Translations under genes and position numbers: made by a program
Notes under the pieces: model-generated
The model's database searches: none
Told to the model about the DNA's origin: nothing
Seen by the model: only the letters and a program-made list of their open reading frames with translations
Origin: a virus
Lineage: Duplodnaviria; Caudoviricetes
Direction: 5' to 3' (one strand)
Length of the DNA: 64,000 bases
Virus record (IMG/VR): IMGVR_UViG_3300033076_000117
Location: 204 to 64,203 of that record
Part shown: piece after piece, positions 56,308 to 64,000 of the stretch
Layout: every line of letters begins with the position of its first letter
Position numbering within the stretch: position 1 is the first letter of the stretch

Positions 56308-56574
56308 ATGTCAGATTACAATCGCACTTTCAATAACGAAGCTAAAATCAAACTAACTCAGTTGGTCAATGAGGGTATGGCAACCCTACATGAAATCGAT
56401 GCACTCAATGGTGGCTTGAATGACACTATCAAAGCAGTTGCAGAAGAATTGGAGATCAAGGCTTCTACATTAAAGAAAGCAATCAAAATTGCACACAAAG
56501 CAAGTCTAGGTCAGACTAACAAAGACCACGATGAACTCAATACTATTCTGGAGACAGTTGGTAAGACTCTATGA
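56308..56574 (+). CDS. Small helical DNA-binding protein (T4 DsbA/GapR-like?)
   Basis: Coiled helices then LKKAIKIAHK; directly upstream of the polymerase. Confidence 0.4.
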   Translation: MSDYNRTFNNEAKIKLTQLVNEGMATLHEIDALNGGLNDTIKAVAEELEIKASTLKKAIKIAHKASLGQTNKDHDELNTILETVGKTL

Positions 56575-59288
56575 GTTACGTTGATGCTATTCATAGCAGG
56601 GATGAGGATCGCATCTACGTAGTTGAACGTGGTACTGACGGCAAACGTCACTACAAAGAATTCCCTGCGAATTACACATTCTATTACACTGATCCTAAAG
56701 GCAAGTTTCGCAGTATCTATGGCGAACCTTTGTCTAGATTCAGCACACGTAAGCGTACTGAGTTTGAAAAGGAACGTAGAATCCATGCAGGTAAAACATT
56801 GTATGAAAGCGATGTAAACGTCATCTTTCGTTGCCTCAGTGACAACTATCTAAAAGTTGATGCGCCTAAACTTCATACATGTTTCTTTGACATTGAAGTA
56901 GACTTTGACCCTGACAAGGGCTTCAGTCCTACTGATGACCCATTCAATCCAGTTACAGCTATTTCAATGTATCTGGATTGGCAAGACACACTTGTAACAT
57001 TGTGTGTTCCACCTAAGCACATGAGTCCTGAAACTGCACAAGAAATTGTTAGCAAGTTTGAGAACTGCATCCTATTCGATAATGAGAAAGATATGTTTGA
57101 TACATTCTTTGCTCTTATCGAAGATGCTGATGTGTTGACTGGTTGGAACTCAGAGGGCTATGATATTCCCTACATGGTCAATCGTGTTACACGTGTTATG
57201 TCAAAAGATGACACACGCAAATTCTGCTTGCTTGGACAACTTCCTAAGCCTAGAGAATACGAACGATTCGGTAAATCAGAAATGACTTACGACTTGGTCG
57301 GTCGCATTCACATGGACTATTTGCAGTTGTACAAAAAGTATAACTATGAATCACGCCATAGCTATAAGCTCGACTCTATTGGTGAAATGGAAGTCGGAGA
57401 GAACAAAACACAATATGAAGGTACTCTTGACCAATTATATAACAAAGACTGGCCTAAGTTTTTGGAATACAACAGACAAGATACTATGTTGTTGGTCAAG
57501 ATCCACAACAAGCTAAAATTCTTAGACCTAGCAAATGCGCTAGCACATGAGAATACAGTGTTATTACCCACTGTTATGGGTTCAGTTGCTATGATTGAAA
57601 TGGCAATCTACAACGAAGCTCATGAAAGAGGTTTGATAGTTCCAGACAAAAAGCGAAAGGATGATAAGAATGAAGATATACAACAAGCGGCAGGTGCCTA
57701 TGTTGCTACGCCCAAAAAAGGAATGCACGAATGGGTCGGAGCAGTCGATATCAACTCGCTCTATCCCTCGGCTATTCGAGCACTCAACATGGCCCCAGAG
57801 ACCATCGTTGCTCAAGTCAGACAAGACCTAACTAACAAGTACATGAAAGACCGTGGACTAGAACTTGCGAAACAAAAGAAGTTCTATCAAGACGGTGATG
57901 ATGGCGAAACAGGTTCTATTCTATGGGAAGGATTGTTTGGTGCATTAGAGTACACAGCAATCATGAACCAAGAACGCGGTACAATATTAACTGTTGACTA
58001 TGAAGATGGTCGCAGTGTACAAATGAGTGCGGCAGAAATCTGGAAGATGGTCTTTGACAGTCACAAGCCATATATCTTATCAGCGAATGGTACAATCTTT
58101 ACATATGAGAAAGAGGGTGTAATTCCTGGATTGTTGTCTAGATGGTACAGTGAACGTAAGAGTATTCAAAAGCAAGTAAAAGAAGCAACAAACGATGCTG
58201 ACCGTGAATATTACGATAAGCGTCAGTTGGTTCGTAAGATTCTTTTGAACTCTGCATACGGCGCACTGTTGAATGAACATTGCCGTTTCTATGACAAGCG
58301 TATTGGTCAGTCAGTTACATTGAGTGGTCGTCAGATTGTGAAACACATGATGAGCCAGATCAACTTGGTTGTAGCAGGTGAATATACTCATACTGGTCCT
58401 TCTATCGTTTATGGCGATACTGACAGTTGCTATTTCAGTGCTTATCCTGTTTACAAAGAACAGATTGATAAGGGTGAATTAGAGTGGAACAAAGACGCAT
58501 GTATTCAAATCTATGATGCTATTGCAGAAGAAGCGAATGCAAGTTTCCCAGCATTCATGGAGAAAGCATTTCATGCACCTCGCAAGAACGGCGAAATTAT
58601 CAAAGCTGGTCGAGAACTAATTGGTGATCGTGCTATCTTTATTGTGAAGAAACGCTATGCTATCAATATCTTTGATAAAGAAGGTAAGCGTAAAGATAAA
58701 GACGGTAAATTAGGTGATATCAAGGCTATGGGTCTTGACTTGAAACGTGCTGATACTCCGAAATATGTACAAGAATTCTTGATGAACTTACTGAGCATGG
58801 TTATTCAGCAAGGTAAGAATCGTGATGAAGTCATTGAAGAAGTCAAGCGTTTCAAGCGTTACATGTCAGAGCAAGACAGTTGGACTAAAGGTTCGCCTAA
58901 GGGTGTGAACAAACTCACATACTATGCTGACCAAGAAAAGAACAGCAAGACAGGTAAAGCAAACATGCCTGGTCACGTTCGTGCGGCATTGAACTATAAC
59001 TATCTACGCAAAGTACACAACGACCAATATTCCATGAAGATTGTCGATGGTATGAAAGTAGTTGTTTGTAAACTCAAGCCAAACGCACTAGGCTTTACAA
59101 GCGTTGCGTATCCTACTGATGAACTTAGATTGCCTGATTGGTTCTGTCAGTTACCATTCGATGATGCGGCAATGGAACAAACTCTAGTTGACAAGAAGGT
59201 TGATAACTTACTAGGCGTATTAGATTGGGACATTCGTAGCAATACTGATGTAGCAAGCACGTTTGATGATTTATTCACATTCGGTTAA
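56571..59288 (+). CDS. Family B DNA polymerase with 3'-5' exonuclease
   Basis: FFDIEV, WNS..YDIPY, DINSLYPS, KILLNSAYG, YGDTDS, KKRY. Confidence 0.97.
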   Translation: MSYVDAIHSRDEDRIYVVERGTDGKRHYKEFPANYTFYYTDPKGKFRSIYGEPLSRFSTRKRTEFEKERRIHAGKTLYESDVNVIFRCLSDNYLKVDAPKLHTCFFDIEVDFDPDKGFSPTDDPFNPVTAISMYLDWQDTLVTLCVPPKHMSPETAQEIVSKFENCILFDNEKDMFDTFFALIEDADVLTGWNSEGYDIPYMVNRVTRVMSKDDTRKFCLLGQLPKPREYERFGKSEMTYDLVGRIHMDYLQLYKKYNYESRHSYKLDSIGEMEVGENKTQYEGTLDQLYNKDWPKFLEYNRQDTMLLVKIHNKLKFLDLANALAHENTVLLPTVMGSVAMIEMAIYNEAHERGLIVPDKKRKDDKNEDIQQAAGAYVATPKKGMHEWVGAVDINSLYPSAIRALNMAPETIVAQVRQDLTNKYMKDRGLELAKQKKFYQDGDDGETGSILWEGLFGALEYTAIMNQERGTILTVDYEDGRSVQMSAAEIWKMVFDSHKPYILSANGTIFTYEKEGVIPGLLSRWYSERKSIQKQVKEATNDADREYYDKRQLVRKILLNSAYGALLNEHCRFYDKRIGQSVTLSGRQIVKHMMSQINLVVAGEYTHTGPSIVYGDTDSCYFSAYPVYKEQIDKGELEWNKDACIQIYDAIAEEANASFPAFMEKAFHAPRKNGEIIKAGRELIGDRAIFIVKKRYAINIFDKEGKRKDKDGKLGDIKAMGLDLKRADTPKYVQEFLMNLLSMVIQQGKNRDEVIEEVKRFKRYMSEQDSWTKGSPKGVNKLTYYADQEKNSKTGKANMPGHVRAALNYNYLRKVHNDQYSMKIVDGMKVVVCKLKPNALGFTSVAYPTDELRLPDWFCQLPFDDAAMEQTLVDKKVDNLLGVLDWDIRSNTDVASTFDDLFTFG

Positions 59289-59295
59289 ACTGGTG

Positions 59296-59324
59296 TTGAC
59301 TTTAGCATTATATACCATCATAAT
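59296..59324 (+). promoter_or_regulatory. sigma70-like promoter, plus late element CTAAATA at 59340-59346
   Basis: TTGACT, 17 nt, CATAAT. Confidence 0.6.
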
Positions 59325-59367
59325 ACACACTATAACTACCTAAATAGTAGTAACACAAAGGAAAAAC

Positions 59368-60099
59368 ATGAAAGATTATTTACAGGATTTGATTACACAC
59401 GTTTATGGCTTAGGCGAAGTTGACTTGATTAAAGTCACTGGCACAGACCAAGAAACACAAATCAATGCGTTAGCAGAAAACAAGTCTGTTGTCGTAAGCG
59501 GTACATTCAAGAACCCTAATGCAGAGTTTATTGGTGTCTTTGGTATGCCTAACTTAGGTAAACTCAAGACTATTCTTGGTTTCGATGACTATGACAACGA
59601 AGCAAAGATTACTATCACTAAGAAAAATCGTGATGGTGTTGATTCTCCTGATGCAATTCACTTTGAAACAAAGACTGGTAACTTTGTCAACGACTATCGC
59701 CTAATGAGCAAAGCAATCGTTGAAGAAAAAATCAAGTCTGTGTTGTTCAAAGATCCAGCTTGGAACATTGAGTTTGAACCTACTATCGCAGGCATTCAAC
59801 GTCTAAAGCGTCAGTCATTAGCTAACAGCGAAGAAATTCACTTTACACTTACAACAAGCAATGGTGATCTAAAGAGTAACTTTGGTGACCCATCTACTCA
59901 CAGTGGTAACTGTGTATTTCACGCAGGCGTCAATGGTACATTGACTAAGACATGGAATTGGCCTGTCAAAGTGTTCTTAGCTATTATGGATATGCCTGGT
60001 GATAAGAAGATTCGTATCAGCGATGCTGGTGCAACTGAAATCACTGTCGATAGTGGCATTGCTACATATCGTTATCTATTGCCTGCTCAGACAAAATGA
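59368..60099 (+). CDS. Putative DNA sliding clamp (gp45-like)
   Basis: Size, alternating beta/alpha pattern with internal two-domain symmetry, position after PolB, clamp loader present. Confidence 0.5.
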   Translation: MKDYLQDLITHVYGLGEVDLIKVTGTDQETQINALAENKSVVVSGTFKNPNAEFIGVFGMPNLGKLKTILGFDDYDNEAKITITKKNRDGVDSPDAIHFETKTGNFVNDYRLMSKAIVEEKIKSVLFKDPAWNIEFEPTIAGIQRLKRQSLANSEEIHFTLTTSNGDLKSNFGDPSTHSGNCVFHAGVNGTLTKTWNWPVKVFLAIMDMPGDKKIRISDAGATEITVDSGIATYRYLLPAQTK

Positions 60100-60485
60100 T
60101 TGACTATGTAGTCGGTGGCGAGTACCTTACTGTTACTAGTAACAAAGGTGCTACGCCTTATATCAATATGAACAGCCAGACACCAATGGTAGGTACACTT
60201 GCATATGACAATGGTAGTCATCAGCTTAAAGTCTATGATGGTAATACTTGGATGACCGTTGGTGGCGGCAGTGCTACTGTGAATTTGACTGGGCAAGCGA
60301 TCAGCATACTCAAGTGGGCTGAAAAGAAAATGCAGGAAGAAAAAGAACTGCTTGCATTGGCTGAGAAACATCCTACTATCAAAAGTTTAGTCGATGAAAT
60401 GAACGCAAGTGTATTTGACTATCAGCGTAAGATTGATATGGTCAAGGTTCTAATAAAAGAAGAAGAAAAAATTGCAACAAGTTAA
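60096..60485 (+). CDS. Hypothetical protein
   Basis: Beta N-terminus (VYDGNTW) and coiled-coil C-terminus. Confidence 0.55.
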   Translation: MIDYVVGGEYLTVTSNKGATPYINMNSQTPMVGTLAYDNGSHQLKVYDGNTWMTVGGGSATVNLTGQAISILKWAEKKMQEEKELLALAEKHPTIKSLVDEMNASVFDYQRKIDMVKVLIKEEEKIATS

Positions 60486-62049
60486 TCTTTCAAATCAGCA
60501 AAAGCCAGACTGGGCACTGTTCTTACCCGCAGTGTCTAGTTTTTATATTTCTGGTCTAGGCAAACAACGTAAAGGTGAGCCTTATTTTGACCAAGCACGT
60601 ATACCTGCCGCATTCAACGGTGATGTTGAGAAACTAAACTTTCTAAATAGCAAAGAAGGTCTATACACTTACAAGTGGGGTCTATACTCTGCAGGTCATG
60701 CTAACTTAGATACTACGGTTGATGATCCTAGCGAATCTATCATTCGTGAACGTGAAGAAGGCACATTCATGTTGGGTGACTCGGGCGGTTTCCAGATTCT
60801 AAAATGTCAATGGCCTGCTGATTGGAAAGATCCTAACTGTCCACGTGCTATGGCAAAGCGTAAAGCTGTATTGAATTGGATGGACACCTACATGGATTAT
60901 GGTATGTGTTTGGATATACCTTCACAGTCATTAACTACTTTTCATATCAAAGATCCAAAAACTGGTAAATCAGCACATGGTATCAGCACAATCGAAGAAG
61001 CGATTGCGGCAACTCATATCAACAACGAATACTTTATCCAAAATCGTAATGGCAAGTGTAAGTTCCTAAATGTTATGCAGGGATTGAATCACGGCCAAAG
61101 TGATGCCTGGTATCAGGAAATGAAAAAGTATTGCGATCCAAATATCTATCCAGATAAGCATTTCAATGGTTGGGCGTTTGGTGGTCAAACTAAAGTTGAT
61201 ATTGAACTGTTACTAAAGCGTTTGGTCAATATTATCCATGATGGTTTACTACAAGAAGGTAAACATGACCTAATTCACTGTCTAGGTGTATCTATTTTGG
61301 AATATGCTATCTTGTTTACTGATATCAAGAAAGCTATTCGTAAGTATCACAATCCAAACTTAGAAATTACATTTGACTGTGCTAGTCCATTCTTTAGTGC
61401 GGCTAAAGGTCTAGCATACTTCAATAACAGTTTCGAGCATGACAAGAAATGGTCATACAGTATGGAGAAAACTGCTGAAGGTAAACATTATGGTGTGCCT
61501 CAATTAGGTGCTCTAGGCGGTGACCAACGTAAGTATAGTGATGCATGTAAGCAAGATGGTATTCATACCACATTTACAGACAGTCCTGTTACCGACTTAT
61601 TGGTTATGAAAGACGTTTGCTATCGTGGCAAAGGCTTTATCAATCAACAAGACCGTGAAACTAAGACAAGTTGGGACACACTGAGCTATACACTCATTCA
61701 AAGCCATAATGTATATCAGCACATTGCCGCTGTACAAGAGGCTAATCGTAAGTATGAACAAGGCATTATGCCTAAAATGGTTATGAACAAGTTTGATGAC
61801 CATCATTTTGGTGATATCATTGATGAAATCTTTAGTCTAAAAGATAGACAAAAGAGTTTAGATTTGATAGAATCTCATAAGAGTTTCTGGACACAGATGC
61901 AATCTGGTAGTATGGGCATCAGTGGTAAGAAAACAGTGAACGCTATGACAATGTTTGACCAATTATTCGAAGTTCAAAACACTGAACCAGAAACGATTGA
62001 GGACTTTGAAGATAGCGATGAAGCAATCAACGAAGTATTAGAGGACTAA
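60472..62049 (+). CDS. TGT-fold transglycosylase (DpdA-like, 7-deazaguanine insertion)
   Basis: MLGDSGGFQ, GMCLDIP, LNVMQG, GWAFGG, IHCLG, TFDCASP. Confidence 0.75.
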   Translation: MQQVNLSNQQKPDWALFLPAVSSFYISGLGKQRKGEPYFDQARIPAAFNGDVEKLNFLNSKEGLYTYKWGLYSAGHANLDTTVDDPSESIIREREEGTFMLGDSGGFQILKCQWPADWKDPNCPRAMAKRKAVLNWMDTYMDYGMCLDIPSQSLTTFHIKDPKTGKSAHGISTIEEAIAATHINNEYFIQNRNGKCKFLNVMQGLNHGQSDAWYQEMKKYCDPNIYPDKHFNGWAFGGQTKVDIELLLKRLVNIIHDGLLQEGKHDLIHCLGVSILEYAILFTDIKKAIRKYHNPNLEITFDCASPFFSAAKGLAYFNNSFEHDKKWSYSMEKTAEGKHYGVPQLGALGGDQRKYSDACKQDGIHTTFTDSPVTDLLVMKDVCYRGKGFINQQDRETKTSWDTLSYTLIQSHNVYQHIAAVQEANRKYEQGIMPKMVMNKFDDHHFGDIIDEIFSLKDRQKSLDLIESHKSFWTQMQSGSMGISGKKTVNAMTMFDQLFEVQNTEPETIEDFEDSDEAINEVLED

Positions 62050-62050
62050 T

Positions 62051-62263
62051 ATGCCATATACAAATCGTATAAAAACTTTGGAAGAATCACATCGTTTAGT
62101 TGAGAATCAATTGTTCCAATTAGAGAAGTCAGGCAGTACAGATTCTGATAAAATACAGAAACTGCGTGAAGCAAAAGACAAATATTTGAGTGAACTAAGA
62201 GTTATGCGTAGGGCTCAATGGGATCATGACCACAACACAGTAGACTTTGGAGATGACCGATGA
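62051..62263 (+). CDS. Small coiled-coil protein (YdcH-like)
   Basis: L.ESHR.VE..L...EK...L...K..Y..EL pattern. Confidence 0.5.
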   Translation: MPYTNRIKTLEESHRLVENQLFQLEKSGSTDSDKIQKLREAKDKYLSELRVMRRAQWDHDHNTVDFGDDR

Positions 62264-62715
62264 ACGAACAACGTGAACAAGCACTGGCTGAACAACGTCA
62301 GCGAATTAAAGATAAAGCGGTACGCACTATTTTTGTAACCTTTCAAAAAGAAGGCATTCATATGTACCCGGCGGCGGCAACTGATCCTGCACTTAAAACA
62401 GGAGACATGTATGACGTTAGCTTTTTAGGAACTCCACATCGTCACATCTTTCACTTTGAAGTGACGATTGAAGTATTTCACAACGACAGGGATATTGAAT
62501 TCATTCAATTTAAACGCTGGCTAGAAAATCTCTATGCTGGTGGTACACTTGAACTGAATTACAAGTCGTGTGAAATGATTAGCGATGACCTCTATGAGCA
62601 AATTGCTACTCGCTATCCCGACCGTAACATCGTTATTCGTGTATCAGAAGATAACGAAAACGGTGCAACTATCGTGTATAACACACATCAACCTTATCAA
62701 TCACTCGCTATTTAA
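62260..62715 (+). CDS. QueD-like T-fold protein
   Basis: HRHIFH, RDIEF, SCE, VSEDNENGA; adjacent to the TGT-fold gene. Confidence 0.6.
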   Translation: MNEQREQALAEQRQRIKDKAVRTIFVTFQKEGIHMYPAAATDPALKTGDMYDVSFLGTPHRHIFHFEVTIEVFHNDRDIEFIQFKRWLENLYAGGTLELNYKSCEMISDDLYEQIATRYPDRNIVIRVSEDNENGATIVYNTHQPYQSLAI

Positions 62716-62728
62716 AGGAATTATCAAA

Positions 62729-62935
62729 ATGGCAAAGCAACATTATCAATCTAATCCTAAAGTTCGTCAGATTTTCGAAGACCTCGAAAGCTACTTGGAA
62801 TTCTGTCAAGACTTTGGATATAAGTGGGATGAATCAACATTGTATGATATGCGTGTATTCTCATATCGTCAATTTCAAAAACATGTAGCTGGTAAGTCAG
62901 CTAAAAATAACTGGGACGAGGCAGTTTCTCGATGA
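62729..62935 (+). CDS. Hypothetical protein
   Basis: Start MAKQHY with AAAGGA SD; the ORF-track extension overlaps the QueD-like gene. Confidence 0.6.
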   Translation: MAKQHYQSNPKVRQIFEDLESYLEFCQDFGYKWDESTLYDMRVFSYRQFQKHVAGKSAKNNWDEAVSR

Positions 62936-63693
62936 AAATTGTATTAGTCACTGGGGGTTTTGACCCTATTCATTCAGGGCATATTGCTTACTTCAAAGCC
63001 GCTAAACAATTAGGCGACTTGTTGTTTGTTGGTCTGAATAGTGACGAATGGCTGACTCGTAAGAAGGGTCAGCCTTTTATGCCCTATAAAGAGCGAACAG
63101 CTATCGTTCATGCATTACATGATGTAGATGGTATCGTTGGATTCAATGACGATGACAATAGTAGCAAGCAAGCTATTATCAACATTCGCAAAGCATATCC
63201 TGACGATGAAATCATCTTTGCTAACGGTGGTGACCGTACTAAAGATAACATTCCAGAAATGGATGTAGCAGATGATAATGTATCATTTGTATTTGGTGTG
63301 GGTGGTGAAGACAAGGCTAACTCTAGTTCTTGGATTCTACAAGAATGGAAAGCTCCTAAGACAGAACGACAGTGGGGTTACTATCGTGTGTTGCATGAAG
63401 TACCTGGCTGTAAAGTTAAAGAACTTACAGTAGAACCTGGCAAGAGTTTGAGTATGCAAAAGCATTTCAAACGCAGTGAGTTTTGGTTAGTTACTGAGGG
63501 CAGATGTGACCTCAATAGCATGATGGGTAATGGTTACAAGTTGCCTGTCAAAACACTCACAACACATGCTAACACTTTTATTCCAGTAGGTGATTGGCAT
63601 CAACTTACAAATCCATATGATGTACCATGTCGTATCGTAGAGATTCAATATGGTGAAGAATGTGTGGAAGAAGACATCCTACGAAGGGAATAA
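62932..63693 (+). CDS. Cytidyltransferase (HxGH) fused to mannose-6-phosphate isomerase-type cupin
   Basis: TGGFDPIHSGH, GLNSD.WL.RKKG, ANGGDR; R.WG.Y.VL, KELTV.PG.SLSMQKH..RSE.W, VEIQYG...EEDI.R. Confidence 0.85.
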   Translation: MKIVLVTGGFDPIHSGHIAYFKAAKQLGDLLFVGLNSDEWLTRKKGQPFMPYKERTAIVHALHDVDGIVGFNDDDNSSKQAIINIRKAYPDDEIIFANGGDRTKDNIPEMDVADDNVSFVFGVGGEDKANSSSWILQEWKAPKTERQWGYYRVLHEVPGCKVKELTVEPGKSLSMQKHFKRSEFWLVTEGRCDLNSMMGNGYKLPVKTLTTHANTFIPVGDWHQLTNPYDVPCRIVEIQYGEECVEEDILRRE

Positions 63694-63694
63694 A

Positions 63695-63985
63695 ATGGCA
63701 AAAGCAAAATGGCCCAAAGTAACAGTAGGTACTCACCTAACTGTTACTGAACATGAAGATGGTCGCACTGAATTAGTTTGGGATGACGAAGCATTATTGC
63801 GAGAAGTCCGAGAAGCACTAGCAAGTGTAACACCTGCTAGTAAAAAATCTAAGAAGTTCAATTTCAGTGAACCAAAAGAGATTGTGAACAAAGACGGAAG
63901 TAAATCACTAGAAGTCAGAGTAACAAAAAAGACTGTTGCTAAAAAGGCTCCAGCAAAGAAAACAACTAAAGGAAAAACAAAATGA
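63695..63985 (+). CDS. Hypothetical protein with Lys-rich tail
   Basis: Start MAKAKW; C-terminal KKTVAKKAPAKK. Confidence 0.55.
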   Translation: MAKAKWPKVTVGTHLTVTEHEDGRTELVWDDEALLREVREALASVTPASKKSKKFNFSEPKEIVNKDGSKSLEVRVTKKTVAKKAPAKKTTKGKTK

Positions 63986-64000
63986 GCGCACATGACGATA
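63982..64000 (+). CDS. 5' start of next gene (truncated by window edge)
   Basis: AAAGGA SD then ATGAGCGCACATGAC. Confidence 0.5.

Noticed and set aside
62585-62728. N-terminal extensions in the ORF track (also 8261-8314, 9866, 10114, 35421-35444, 48159, 50871, 55667, 63650)
   Set aside because: They overlap upstream genes or promoters; downstream starts have an SD, ATGA coupling or leaderless promoter spacing.
1-64000. CRISPR array, tRNA, rRNA, IS/transposase, intein
   Set aside because: No regularly spaced repeats with unique spacers, no cloverleaf in the short intergenic gaps, no transposase motifs; PolB and ClpA have normal lengths. Read by eye, so tRNAscan-SE is still advisable.

Overview
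The window is a 64-kb, AT-rich, gene-dense segment of a large T4-like (jumbo) myovirus genome read in the standard genetic code. The gene set and order (neck, dNMP kinase, sheath, tube, gp4, DnaE fragment, GroES, clamp loader, PhoH, DnaJ, ClpA, TilS, PolB) suggest a Rak2/GAP32-like phage of a Gram-negative host; this is inference. 1-30 kb is mainly virion structure. 30-41 kb holds replication and chaperone genes. 41-56 kb is a late-expressed accessory island. 56-64 kb holds PolB, a putative clamp and a TGT/DpdA-like + QueD-like module. Most striking: (i) about ten proteins start with T4 capsid-targeting-like N-termini (e.g. MRANEFITE, MRATEFISE vs T4 MKTYQEFIAE) and are strings of enzyme modules joined by [ILV]-x-E linkers, resembling protease-matured, injected polyproteins; (ii) two of them carry twin-arginine (Tat) signal peptides directly behind a predicted cleavage Glu, one on a GH19 lysozyme; (iii) a three-hairpin RNA leader with compensatory changes precedes two paralogous virion genes; (iv) a ubiquitin-like domain is fused to a LamG-like domain; (v) three promoter-in-hairpin translational switches and many apparently leaderless genes are present. 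All assignments come from motif recognition by eye; no database searches were run.
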